From contig CABQIF010000001.1 in assembly GCA_902464115.1 (NCBI GenBank), forward strand, positions 1 to 51,335: a DNA stretch of 51,335 nucleotides, given 5' to 3'. Below, piece by piece: positions 1 to 8,916 of this stretch. The translations under genes and the position numbers were made by a program. The notes under the pieces are model-generated. The model was not told the DNA's origin and did not search any database. It saw nothing but the letters and a program-made list of their open reading frames with translations. Source of the stretch: an uncultured Ruminococcus sp. (GTDB lineage Bacteria; Bacillota; Clostridia; Oscillospirales; Ruminococcaceae). Positions within the stretch are counted from its first letter, which is position 1. Each line of letters begins with the position of its first letter.

Positions 1-51
1 ATAAATTTCAATTCATTTTTCACAATCTTGCAATTCCAAGAACGAAAATCT

Positions 52-79
52 TTGACATTCGGACAATTTATGTTATAAT
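52..79 (+). promoter_or_regulatory. sigma-A promoter for mgsA
   Basis: TTGACA(52-57)-16 nt-TATAAT(74-79) with extended -10 TG. Confidence 0.8.
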
Positions 80-192
80 AAAAGGTAAGACGGCGTTGGC
101 TCGAAACCCATTCCCGAAAAAATAGATAGATTCGGGTTCTGAAAACAAGTACATGCTGTAACCATTTGATCCGAAAAAGGAGGTTTTCTGAT

Positions 193-597
193 ATGACAAT
201 TGCACTCATTGCACATGATGCAAAAAAAGAACTGATGATTCAGTTTTGTATCGCATATTGTGGCGTTTTATCCCGCCACAAGCTCTGTGCGACCGGCACG
301 ACCGGAAAACTGGTCAGTGAAGCAACCGGTCTGGAAATCCAGCGTTATTTCAGCGGCAGACAGGGCGGCGATCAGCAGATTGGAGCTCGCATTGCTTGCG
401 ATGAAATCGACGTGCTGCTGTTCTTCCGGGATCCGATCAACCGCAAGGAATCGGAACCGAACGAAATGGCACTGCTCCGCCTCTGCGATGTCCACAATGT
501 TCCGGTTGCAACCAATATTGCAACAGCAGAAGCGTTAATTATGGCATTGGAACGTGGCGATCTGGATTGGCGGGAATACGGCAACCTGCCCATCTGA
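193..597 (+). CDS. mgsA: methylglyoxal synthase
   Basis: IALIAHDx[21 protein letters not shown] and ATNxATA motifs; AGGAGG SD places the start at ATG 193 rather than 166. Confidence 0.95.
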   Translation: MTIALIAHDAKKELMIQFCIAYCGVLSRHKLCATGTTGKLVSEATGLEIQRYFSGRQGGDQQIGARIACDEIDVLLFFRDPINRKESEPNEMALLRLCDVHNVPVATNIATAEALIMALERGDLDWREYGNLPI

Positions 598-616
598 CAA
601 GCGTTCCCAATGATTC

Positions 617-651
617 TGTCCTTTTCTGCAATCAGAAAGGGACAATTTTTT
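617..651 (+). terminator. terminator-like hairpin between mgsA and hisS
   Basis: TGTCCTTTTCTG-CAAT-CAGAAAGGGACA followed by ATTTTTT. Confidence 0.6.
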
Positions 652-670
652 CGATTATCGGAGGTTATCT

Positions 671-1975
671 ATGGCACTCAAAATCACACGTCCGCAAGGG
701 ACGGAAGACATTACACCAGAGAATATTTCCAAATGGTATACCGTGGAACAGGTTGCACGGGACACCGCAAAGTGTTTCGGCTTCCATGAAATGCGGATTC
801 CAACCTTTGAAAGCACCGACTTGTTCCTGCGGTCTGTTGGCGAAACCACAGACGTGGTACAGAAGGAAATGTACACGGTCAAGGCAAAGGAAACGGAATT
901 TACCCTGCGTCCGGAGGGCACTGCCGGAACGATTCGTTCCATGCTCCAGAATGGCATGCTGAATGCAGCCCTTCCGCAAAAGGTATTCTACATTCTCTCC
1001 TGTTTCCGACACGAACGGCCGCAAGACGGCAGAATGAGAGACTTCCACCAATTCGGCGTGGAAATGGCAGGCAGTGCAGACGCTGCCGCAGATGCGGAAA
1101 TCATCAGTCTGGCAAAGTCGATTTTAGACCGCATTGGTCTGAAAAATATTCAGCTCTACATCAATTCCATCGGCTGTCCGACCTGCCGTGCCAACTATCA
1201 CAAGGCACTGCGTGCTTATTTTGCAGCCTATGAAGATGACCTCTGCGATACCTGTAAGAGCCGTCTGGAAAAGAACCCGATGCGGATTCTGGACTGCAAA
1301 AGCCCAGTTTGCAGCAAGATTGCAGCAGATGCTCCCATCATTCTGGATTATCTCTGTGACGAATGCAGCGAACACTTCCAGACGCTGCAATCCCACCTGA
1401 AAGCTTTGCAAATTGATTTCACCATCAACCCGAAAATCGTTCGGGGTCTGGACTACTACACCAAAACTGTTTTTGAATTTGTCACCACAGAAATCGGCGC
1501 ACAGGGGACTGTCTGCGGCGGCGGTCGCTATGATGGCTTGATTGGACAGCTGGGCGGAGCAGATACGCCAGCTCTGGGCTTTGCAATGGGTCTGGAACGG
1601 CTGCTTCTGACGATGCAGCAACAGGGCTGCAATTTCTTAGAAACACCGCCTTGCGATTTATATATCGCTCCGATGGATGCAGAGGCACTGCCGAAAGCCA
1701 TGCAGCTTGCACAGGCAGTACGGGAAAGCGGCTATCAGGCAGAATATGACCTGATGCACCGTGGATTAAAGGCACAGATGAAATATGCCAATAAAATTCA
1801 TGCGACATATGTCTTGGTGCTGGGCGGCAATGAGTTGGAACAGCAGTCCGCAAAGCTGAAACAGATGGAAACTGGCGAACAGATTGAAATCCCTCTGGAT
1901 GACCGCTTCGCAGAAGCATTTGACAACATTGCCATTTCTCATATGTTCCAGAATACGTTACAGGAGGAAGCATAA
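671..1975 (+). CDS. hisS: histidyl-tRNA synthetase
   Basis: LRPEGTA, FRxERPQ, VRGLDYY, GGGRYDGL and GFAMGLERL motifs. Confidence 0.98.
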   Translation: MALKITRPQGTEDITPENISKWYTVEQVARDTAKCFGFHEMRIPTFESTDLFLRSVGETTDVVQKEMYTVKAKETEFTLRPEGTAGTIRSMLQNGMLNAALPQKVFYILSCFRHERPQDGRMRDFHQFGVEMAGSADAAADAEIISLAKSILDRIGLKNIQLYINSIGCPTCRANYHKALRAYFAAYEDDLCDTCKSRLEKNPMRILDCKSPVCSKIAADAPIILDYLCDECSEHFQTLQSHLKALQIDFTINPKIVRGLDYYTKTVFEFVTTEIGAQGTVCGGGRYDGLIGQLGGADTPALGFAMGLERLLLTMQQQGCNFLETPPCDLYIAPMDAEALPKAMQLAQAVRESGYQAEYDLMHRGLKAQMKYANKIHATYVLVLGGNELEQQSAKLKQMETGEQIEIPLDDRFAEAFDNIAISHMFQNTLQEEA

Positions 1976-3766
1976 ATGGATACCATGCAAAATTTACGCC
2001 GTACTTGCTACTGCGGCGAAGTCACTGAAGCCGGAAAAACCGTCGTTGTCGGCGGATTTGTTCAGAAAGTCCGGAATCTCGGCAACTTGATTTTCATCGA
2101 CCTGCGGGACAGAACTGGCATTGTACAGCTGGCATTCAACGATGAAACTGACCGAGAAATTTTTGAAAAGGCTGCCGGATGCCACAGTGAATATGTTCTG
2201 CTGGCAAAAGGGGAAGTCATTCCTCGTGCCAGCGTCAACACCGATATGAAAACCGGTGCTGTTGAAATCAAAGTCACAGAACTGCGTGTGCTCTCAAAGG
2301 CACAGACCCCACCGTTCACCATTTCGGATGAAACCAAGACCAATGAAGAATTGCGTCTGAAGTATCGGTATCTGGATTTACGCCGTGCTCCGCTGCAAAG
2401 AAATCTGATCATGCGGCACAAAATCGCACAGGCTGCCAGAGAATATTACTATGCAAACGATTTCATCGAAATTGAAACTCCGATGATGATGAAATCTACT
2501 CCAGAAGGGGCAAGAGATTACCTGATTCCGTCCCGTGTACACAACGGAAAATTCTACGCCCTCCCACAATCTCCGCAAATCTACAAACAGCTGCTGATGG
2601 TTGCTGGTATGGATCGCTACATCCAGATTGCAAGATGTTTCCGTGATGAGGATCTGCGTGCAGACCGTCAGCCGGAATTTACCCAAATTGACTTGGAAAT
2701 GTCGTTTGTAGATGTTGAAGATATTTTGCAGATGACAGAAGGCTTTGTACAGTACCTGTTCAAGAAGGTGCTGAACATGGACATTCCGACTCCGCTGCCG
2801 AGAATGACCTACAAGGAAGCGATGGAACGCTACGGCTCAGACAAGCCAGATACCCGGTTCGGCATGGAATTGCAGAATATTTCCGATTTGGTTTCCGATT
2901 TGGATTTTGTAGTATTCCGTTCTGCCATCGAAGCTGGCGGCAGTGTGCGGGCAATCGTTGCAAAACAGGCAGCAAAGACCCTGACCAGAAAAGAAATCGA
3001 CAAGCTGACCGAAAAGGCAAAGGGCATTGGTGCAAAGGGTCTGGCATTTATTCGCTGGAACGATGCAAAGCCGACTTGCTCGTTCGCAAAGTTCCTGCCG
3101 GAAGGCAGACTGGAAACCATCCTGCAAACACTGGGCTGCGAACAAGGTGACGTGGTTCTGATCGTTGCAGACAAGGACAAGGTAACCCTGCCGGTTTTGG
3201 GTGCTCTGCGGTTACAGGTTGCAAAGCAGCTGGATTTGATTCCTGCTGGCAAGTTCAATTTCCTGTGGATTACACAGTTCCCGTTCTTTGAATGGGATGA
3301 CGAAACCGAAACATGGGTTGCGATGCACCATCCTTTCACCATGCCAATGGATGAATGCCTGCCATATCTGGACACCAATCCGGAAAAGGTGATTGCAAAG
3401 GCATTTGACTTAGTTCTGAACGGAACAGAGTTGTCCTCTGGTTCGATTCGTATCACAGACTATGAATTGCAGCAGAAGATGTTCGAGGCTCTGGGCTTGA
3501 CCGATGAAGAAATCGAAGCAAAGTTTGGTTTCCTGGTAGAGGCTTACCACTACGGTGCACCGCCGCACGGTGGTCTGGGCATTGGTCTGGATCGTCTGGC
3601 AATGGTGATGCTGCAAGCAGAAAGCCTGCGGGATGTAGTCGCATTCCCGAAGGTACAGAACGCAAGCGAACTGATGAGCGAGTGCCCTGCTCCGGTTGAT
3701 ACCGCAAGTCTGGACGTTCTGGGCATTCAAATCAAGGAAACCCCGAAAGCAACCGATGCGGAATAA
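1976..3766 (+). CDS. aspS: aspartyl-tRNA synthetase
   Basis: RLKYRYLDLRR, STPEGARDY, ALPQSPQ, FRDEDLRADRQPEFTQ and GAPPHGG motifs; starts immediately after the hisS stop. Confidence 0.98.
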   Translation: MDTMQNLRRTCYCGEVTEAGKTVVVGGFVQKVRNLGNLIFIDLRDRTGIVQLAFNDETDREIFEKAAGCHSEYVLLAKGEVIPRASVNTDMKTGAVEIKVTELRVLSKAQTPPFTISDETKTNEELRLKYRYLDLRRAPLQRNLIMRHKIAQAAREYYYANDFIEIETPMMMKSTPEGARDYLIPSRVHNGKFYALPQSPQIYKQLLMVAGMDRYIQIARCFRDEDLRADRQPEFTQIDLEMSFVDVEDILQMTEGFVQYLFKKVLNMDIPTPLPRMTYKEAMERYGSDKPDTRFGMELQNISDLVSDLDFVVFRSAIEAGGSVRAIVAKQAAKTLTRKEIDKLTEKAKGIGAKGLAFIRWNDAKPTCSFAKFLPEGRLETILQTLGCEQGDVVLIVADKDKVTLPVLGALRLQVAKQLDLIPAGKFNFLWITQFPFFEWDDETETWVAMHHPFTMPMDECLPYLDTNPEKVIAKAFDLVLNGTELSSGSIRITDYELQQKMFEALGLTDEEIEAKFGFLVEAYHYGAPPHGGLGIGLDRLAMVMLQAESLRDVVAFPKVQNASELMSECPAPVDTASLDVLGIQIKETPKATDAE

Positions 3767-3801
3767 CTTCACAAATTCACATCTGTTACAAATGAATCCA
3801 T

Positions 3802-3846
3802 AAAAAATAAGCACCGATTTCCTGTAACTGGAAAATCGGTGCTTTT
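3802..3846. terminator. bidirectional intrinsic terminator
   Basis: AAGCACCGATTT...AAATCGGTGCTT flanked by A and T runs, between convergent genes. Confidence 0.85.
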
Positions 3847-3871
3847 GTGTTTCTCGTTGGTTTTAGAATGC

Positions 3872-4642
3872 TTATCCATGCTGTACATAGGCATAGGGGT
3901 CAATATAGTCCCCGCCTTTGGTGACTTCAAAATGCAAATGGGATTCCATCTTGCTTTCAATATCGGCACTATCTCCGACTGTTCCCAATGTCTGCCCGCT
4001 CTCTACGGTGTCGCCCTCCTGTACGCCAACATTCGGCGACAGGTTGCAGTATCGGCTGACAATTCCGTTTTCATGGTCAACAGACACGCAAATCCCCCAC
4101 AATGGGTCATTGACGACTTCCACAACGGTTCCGTTGTCCATTGCCCGAACAGGAACGCCCTGTTCTGCCAGAATATCTACGCCGTTATGCGTCTGCCATG
4201 TTCCTGTTGTCAGCGACTTCACCAGTTCCCCATCACTGAACGGCTGGGCAACTTCTCCATCTACCGGAATCATCAGCATATGGGAGTAAATCACTTCTTC
4301 TTCTGTTTCTTCCGGCTCTGATTCTGACTCTTCTGGTGGCTCAGTTTCTTCCACCGCTTCTGTCGTCGTTTCTACGGGAACATCGGTCTTGACTTTCGCA
4401 ACTGCATCATATTCCGGCTGCGTTGTCGTAACTGCATCGTAGATTTCTGCAATGAAATTGGTGGTCGACTGGGTTTCTTCTGCCGTCTGGGACAATTCAT
4501 TCTCCAACGTCTGATTGGTTTCTGTCGTCACCTGATACGCATACACACAGGCTGCACCGATCATCAGAATGCTGATACCAATGGCGGTATAAAATCCTTT
4601 GTATTTGCTGGCTTGCTTTTCTTTCATCGTTCCTTTTTTCAC
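3872..4642 (-). CDS. M23/LytM-domain membrane protein, SpoIIQ-like
   Basis: N-terminal TM helix, acidic E/T linker, HNGVD and HLHFEV zinc motifs; GGAGGT SD 7 nt before GTG 4642. Confidence 0.85.
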   Translation of the reverse strand: MKKGTMKEKQASKYKGFYTAIGISILMIGAACVYAYQVTTETNQTLENELSQTAEETQSTTNFIAEIYDAVTTTQPEYDAVAKVKTDVPVETTTEAVEETEPPEESESEPEETEEEVIYSHMLMIPVDGEVAQPFSDGELVKSLTTGTWQTHNGVDILAEQGVPVRAMDNGTVVEVVNDPLWGICVSVDHENGIVSRYCNLSPNVGVQEGDTVESGQTLGTVGDSADIESKMESHLHFEVTKGGDYIDPYAYVQHG

Positions 4643-4660
4643 ACGAAACACCTCCGCCTT

Positions 4661-4689
4661 TAGTGTGCACGGCGATGGGGCTTTTATGC
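4661..4689 (-). promoter_or_regulatory. putative forespore (sigma-F/sigma-G type) promoter
   Basis: GCATA-17 nt-CACACTA upstream of the M23 gene; same pattern before the ger operon. Confidence 0.5.
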
Positions 4690-4709
4690 ATCTTTGGAAC
4701 GATTTACAA

Positions 4710-5705
4710 TCAATTTGCTTTCAGAATCTGTTCGATTTCCTGAATGTCTGCATCTGTGAGCGGTGCTTGCTGTACCATTTCTAATGCATCCTGTACCTGC
4801 TCTGGTTTTGATGCACCGATTAAAACGCTGGTCACAGCAGGCTGCCGCAAAATCCAGTGCATCGCAAGTTGTGCGAGCTTTTCGCCTCTTGCCTGTGCAG
4901 CTGCCTGCAATTTTTGCAGGAGTTGCAAGCGTTCTGGTGTCAGCTGCTTTTCATTCAAAAAGCGTCCGTCTGTCCGCATCCGGCTGTCTGCTGGAATGCC
5001 GTGTAAGTAACGGTCGGTCAGCAAGCCCTGTGCCAGCGGACTGAATACGATCAACCCTTTCTGTTCCTCTGCACAGGCATCCAACAAACCATTCTGTTCA
5101 ATGGTACGATTCAGCATCGAATAGCAGTTTTGATTGATGACAAACGGGCAGTGCAGTTCTTTCAAGATGGCACATGCCTGCTGCATGGTTGCACCATCAT
5201 AATTGGAAAGCCCAACATACAACGCCTTTCCGCTCTGTACTGCCTGTGCCAGTGCTCCCATGGTTTCTTCCAGCGGTGTTTCTGGGTCTGGACGGTGATG
5301 GTAGAAAATATCGACATATTCCAGCCCCATCCGTTTCAGGCTCTGGTCTAAGCTGGCAAGCAGATATTTCCGGCTGCCCCAGTTTCCATAAGGGCCTTCC
5401 CACATATCGAATCCAGCCTTTGTGCTGATAATCAATTCATCCCGATAGCCGGCAAACAGCGTTTTCAGGATCTTTCCGAAGTTCTGCTCCGCAGCTCCTG
5501 CCGGTGGACCATAGTTGTTCGCAAGGTCGAAATGCGTGATGCCGCCATCAAACGCTGCCTTACAGATTGCCTCCATATGTTCTAAGGAGTTTGTATCCCC
5601 AAAGTTATGCCATAAGCCGAGGGATACTTCCGGCAACTTTAAACCGCTCTTTCCGCAGCGGCGGTATGCCATGGCTGCATATCGTTCTGGATTAGGTACA
5701 TACAT
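4710..5705 (-). CDS. aldo/keto reductase, L-glyceraldehyde-3-phosphate/methylglyoxal reductase (YghZ/Gpr type)
   Basis: YRRCGKSGLKLP, SLGLWHNFG, HFDLANNYGPP and YVDIFYHHRPDP motifs. Confidence 0.92.
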   Translation of the reverse strand: MYVPNPERYAAMAYRRCGKSGLKLPEVSLGLWHNFGDTNSLEHMEAICKAAFDGGITHFDLANNYGPPAGAAEQNFGKILKTLFAGYRDELIISTKAGFDMWEGPYGNWGSRKYLLASLDQSLKRMGLEYVDIFYHHRPDPETPLEETMGALAQAVQSGKALYVGLSNYDGATMQQACAILKELHCPFVINQNCYSMLNRTIEQNGLLDACAEEQKGLIVFSPLAQGLLTDRYLHGIPADSRMRTDGRFLNEKQLTPERLQLLQKLQAAAQARGEKLAQLAMHWILRQPAVTSVLIGASKPEQVQDALEMVQQAPLTDADIQEIEQILKAN

Positions 5706-5803
5706 CGTTTTTTCCTCTTTTCTATTTTGATTTGGATGATTTTTTTCGATGTACTGTTATCATAGCACACTCCGCCTTCTGTTGCAAGGCATTTCCTGCG
5801 ATT

Positions 5804-6568
5804 CTAACTTTTCGTTGATTTTCCCTCATTTGTTGCAGTTTCTTTGTTGATTTCATCGAAATCTTTTACAAGTTCGCAGAAATAATTAGACAATGCTTCC
5901 GGAACGGGCGTTGCAATCCATTCCTTTCTTCCCATCTGATACTGATACGTCAGATAGAGTTGTCCGTCCACCGCATAGAAATGACTTCCCCGATAAGAGC
6001 AGAAACATCCGTCTTTACTCTCCCGATAAAAAATCAATCGTTGTTTGTTATCCGGCAAGGGCATTGTAACGGTTTTCTGTTCCTGCTCGCTGTTTTTTCC
6101 GTAGGCAAACGGAATATATTCATTTCCCTCTCCAAATTCCAACAACTCCTTGAATTTCTGTGTATCCACTTTTCCAGAAATATCATAGAGCGTTGGCTCA
6201 GTCTGATCTTTGATCGTCACACCAACCGAACAATAATAAAGATACTGCTGGTCGTCTGCATAGTATGTTTTTGCCGCCTCCCACTGATCTTCTGCACAGT
6301 ACATGACGGAATCTGCACCGTTATACCACAAATCAAATTCCGGATGCTGTAATGCTCGGTAGATGATTTCATCCAGTTCGTATTCTAAACCGCTCAGCGG
6401 TAAATCATCCATCAAATAACAATCGCCATAAAAGCCCGTCCGATAGGATTTCCCGTTGATTTCCACGGTTTCTGCAACCATCGGCAATCGGCAGCCAATC
6501 AGACTGCTGCAAAGCACAGCACTGCTAACAATGCTCAGCAACCGAACCGCCCACGCCTTTTTAAACAA
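5804..6568 (-). CDS. hypothetical lipoprotein
   Basis: GAGGTG SD then TTG at 6568 gives MFKKAWAVRLLSIVSSAVLCSSLIGC (lipobox LIGC); start overlaps the stop of the upstream phosphatase; no domain recognised. Confidence 0.7.
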   Translation of the reverse strand: MFKKAWAVRLLSIVSSAVLCSSLIGCRLPMVAETVEINGKSYRTGFYGDCYLMDDLPLSGLEYELDEIIYRALQHPEFDLWYNGADSVMYCAEDQWEAAKTYYADDQQYLYYCSVGVTIKDQTEPTLYDISGKVDTQKFKELLEFGEGNEYIPFAYGKNSEQEQKTVTMPLPDNKQRLIFYRESKDGCFCSYRGSHFYAVDGQLYLTYQYQMGRKEWIATPVPEALSNYFCELVKDFDEINKETATNEGKSTKS

Positions 6569-7091
6569 GCTGTAACACCTCACAGTTTCCAATCCCGTAC
6601 TTTGCATATTCTTCATTTGTCATATCCTGAAAATACGACCGCACGACCCGAGCAATGCCGTTGTGTGCCACCAATAAATAATTCTTTTCCTGCTGCATCA
6701 GTTCATCCAGAAGGTTATAAATCCGCTGTGCCAGCTGCAACATGGATTCTCCGCCCTCGTAATGGTTCGCAAACTGCGTTTTTGCCTGCTGAAAGGCTGC
6801 TCCATCCCGTGCAGTGGATTCATACTTGCCGAAATTCTGCTCCCGTAACCGTGGCTCTGCAAACGCTGGCAAACCGGTCACCTCTGCAATGTGTTTTGCC
6901 GTATCGGCTGCCCGCATCAACGGGGAATACAGAATCGCATCAATGGGATACTGCCGCTCTAAAATCAGCTTTCCAGCTGCAATTGCCTGCTCATGTCCCA
7001 GCGGTGTCAAGGCAATATCGGTTGAACCGCAAATTTTGTTTTCAACATTCCAAATAGTCTGTCCGTGCCGGACAAAATAAAGATGTGGCAT
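6561..7091 (-). CDS. histidine phosphatase (phosphoglycerate mutase family)
   Basis: YFVRHGQT, SPLMRA, LREQNFG, GGES and LVAHNG motifs; AAGGAG SD before ATG 7091. Confidence 0.92.
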   Translation of the reverse strand: MPHLYFVRHGQTIWNVENKICGSTDIALTPLGHEQAIAAGKLILERQYPIDAILYSPLMRAADTAKHIAEVTGLPAFAEPRLREQNFGKYESTARDGAAFQQAKTQFANHYEGGESMLQLAQRIYNLLDELMQQEKNYLLVAHNGIARVVRSYFQDMTNEEYAKYGIGNCEVLQLV

Positions 7092-7136
7092 AATCGTTTT
7101 ACTCCTTTTCATTGCAATTTTTTCAATTCAATAATA

Positions 7137-7199
7137 CAATGCCGCCGTATGCATCCCGACAGTTTTTTGCTGTGTGCTGGACACCTTACGGCGGCGTTG
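7137..7199. other. intergenic long stem-loop
   Basis: CAATGCCGCCGTA...TACGGCGGCGTTG inverted repeat between the capA-like gene and the phosphatase. Confidence 0.6.
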
Positions 7200-7211
7200 A
7201 TTTGTTTTTGA

Positions 7212-8693
7212 TTAGTCTAATTTCTGGAACTCTGCCGGAATGGCAGTGTCAATGATTTCCTTGATTTTGTCCATATTCCAAATACCGTATTCGCCGGACA
7301 TGGCATATGGCAAACCGTGTTCTTCCGCCAGTTCTTCGGTATAATCCTTATACGCAATCAATCGCAGATTGGACAAAGAACCATCATCATACTGTGTGAT
7401 AATCGGATGAACCTGTACATTTTCTACCGTTACCTGCTTGTCCTCTTCGTGGTATACCAAATCAAAATCAGCCACTTCGCTGATCAGATTGATATTAAAG
7501 GTCTGTGCAGAAACAAAGTTCCCCATTGCATAGAACACAAAGCCCTGTGTTCCATCCGACCGTGTGATGTATTCCATTGTCTGCGGAACGTGCGGATGGT
7601 TGCCGATGATGACATCTGCACCCCATTCGATCATGTTCTGTGCCTGTGCCTTAACGCCATCCCGTACTTCAAAGGTATCTTCATCGCCCCAGTGTGCGGA
7701 AACCACAACAATATCTGCCAGTTCGTTTGCCCGTTCGATTTGTTCCTGAATGACATCGTCCTGTGTGGTCAAGGTAATCTGAATGGTGGAATCATCCGGA
7801 ACGGTATAGCCGTTGATGTTTTCGGTATATGCCAAGAAGGCAACCTTTAAGCCGTTTACTTCTTTAATCCGAATGTTGTTCATGTCGTCTACATCCCGAT
7901 AAACGCCATAGGTCAGCAGGTCGGAATGTTCTTGCAACAATCTGTCCCAATAATTCATACAAGAGGTCAAGCCCTCGACACCCTTATCCAACAGGTGATT
8001 GTTACACATCGAAACAACATTGAATCCCAAATCTACAATGGCTTCGCCAGCTTCCGGCGGAGAATTGAAGTTGAAGTTGCTGCCGCTGATTTCAATATCT
8101 GGATCATCACAAATCAGAGTTTCCTGATTGATAATCCGCAAATCTGCATTTGAGCCGTTGACCAAATCCTTTACGCCATCATAAACATAGGCAAAGTTAT
8201 AGGTTTCGCCATTTTCTGCATGTGCAGCAGCACTGTTATAAACGGAAGTCTGTACGAAATGATCGCCGGCAGCGACAACGTGTACCGTTCCGCTCTTAGC
8301 AGTTTCTTCTTCGGTGGAGGCTTCACTTGCATCAGATACAGCTTCTGTTGCTGCACTGGCATCCTGTGTCGTCACTTCTGTTGGGGCATTGACCTGTACA
8401 CCCTTATCCTTAGAAATAGAACGGCAGCTGCTGCAACGGGTACAAATCAGCACGATTACAATAATCAATGCCAATAAAATCAGCAATGCATTTCTACGCC
8501 TGCGATAGCCAACGCCCTTTTTCTTCTTTTTCGGGTTTTGATTCTGTGGCTGCCGAGGCGGTTGCTGGGGTGGTCGCTGGGTTTGAATCGGCTGCCGCTG
8601 CGGCATTCTTGGGGGTGTTGTTCGCTGTGGCGGACGCTGCTGTCCAGAGGTACGAGCAGAAATTGGTTTCTGCTGGAACGGTTGGTTCTCCAT
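7212..8693 (-). CDS. CapA/PGA_cap family metallophosphoesterase-fold membrane protein
   Basis: AAGD, NQET, NNHLLDKG, HWGxE, GADVIIGNHPHV and YAMGNF motifs; Q/P/R-rich N-terminus followed by a TM helix. Confidence 0.88.
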   Translation of the reverse strand: MENQPFQQKPISARTSGQQRPPQRTTPPRMPQRQPIQTQRPPQQPPRQPQNQNPKKKKKGVGYRRRRNALLILLALIIVIVLICTRCSSCRSISKDKGVQVNAPTEVTTQDASAATEAVSDASEASTEEETAKSGTVHVVAAGDHFVQTSVYNSAAAHAENGETYNFAYVYDGVKDLVNGSNADLRIINQETLICDDPDIEISGSNFNFNSPPEAGEAIVDLGFNVVSMCNNHLLDKGVEGLTSCMNYWDRLLQEHSDLLTYGVYRDVDDMNNIRIKEVNGLKVAFLAYTENINGYTVPDDSTIQITLTTQDDVIQEQIERANELADIVVVSAHWGDEDTFEVRDGVKAQAQNMIEWGADVIIGNHPHVPQTMEYITRSDGTQGFVFYAMGNFVSAQTFNINLISEVADFDLVYHEEDKQVTVENVQVHPIITQYDDGSLSNLRLIAYKDYTEELAEEHGLPYAMSGEYGIWNMDKIKEIIDTAIPAEFQKLD

Positions 8694-8851
8694 TTTTTAC
8701 ATCCTCACTTTATGATATTTTTTCTTGTACTCGCTCTTTCTAAAAAAGCGAGTCTGATTATCTTTATTATAACAGAGATACCGACAAATTGCAAGCAATT
8801 TCATACAGGTTTATGGCAGGATGATTCTTTTTCCAATCGCAAACGCTTTCT

Positions 8852-8880
8852 ACATAAATTCCCATTTTCGGGGCACGCTA
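8852..8880 (+). promoter_or_regulatory. putative forespore (sigma-F/sigma-G type) promoter
   Basis: ACATA-17 nt-CACGCTA upstream of the ger operon. Confidence 0.45.
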
Positions 8881-8916
8881 TGGACAGCATTTTGAATTGA
8901 AAGGAGCTTTTCCACC

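Noticed and set aside
6569..6616. Longer start of the hypothetical lipoprotein overlapping the phosphatase by 56 nt
   Set aside because: The SD and signal-peptide length favour TTG 6568.
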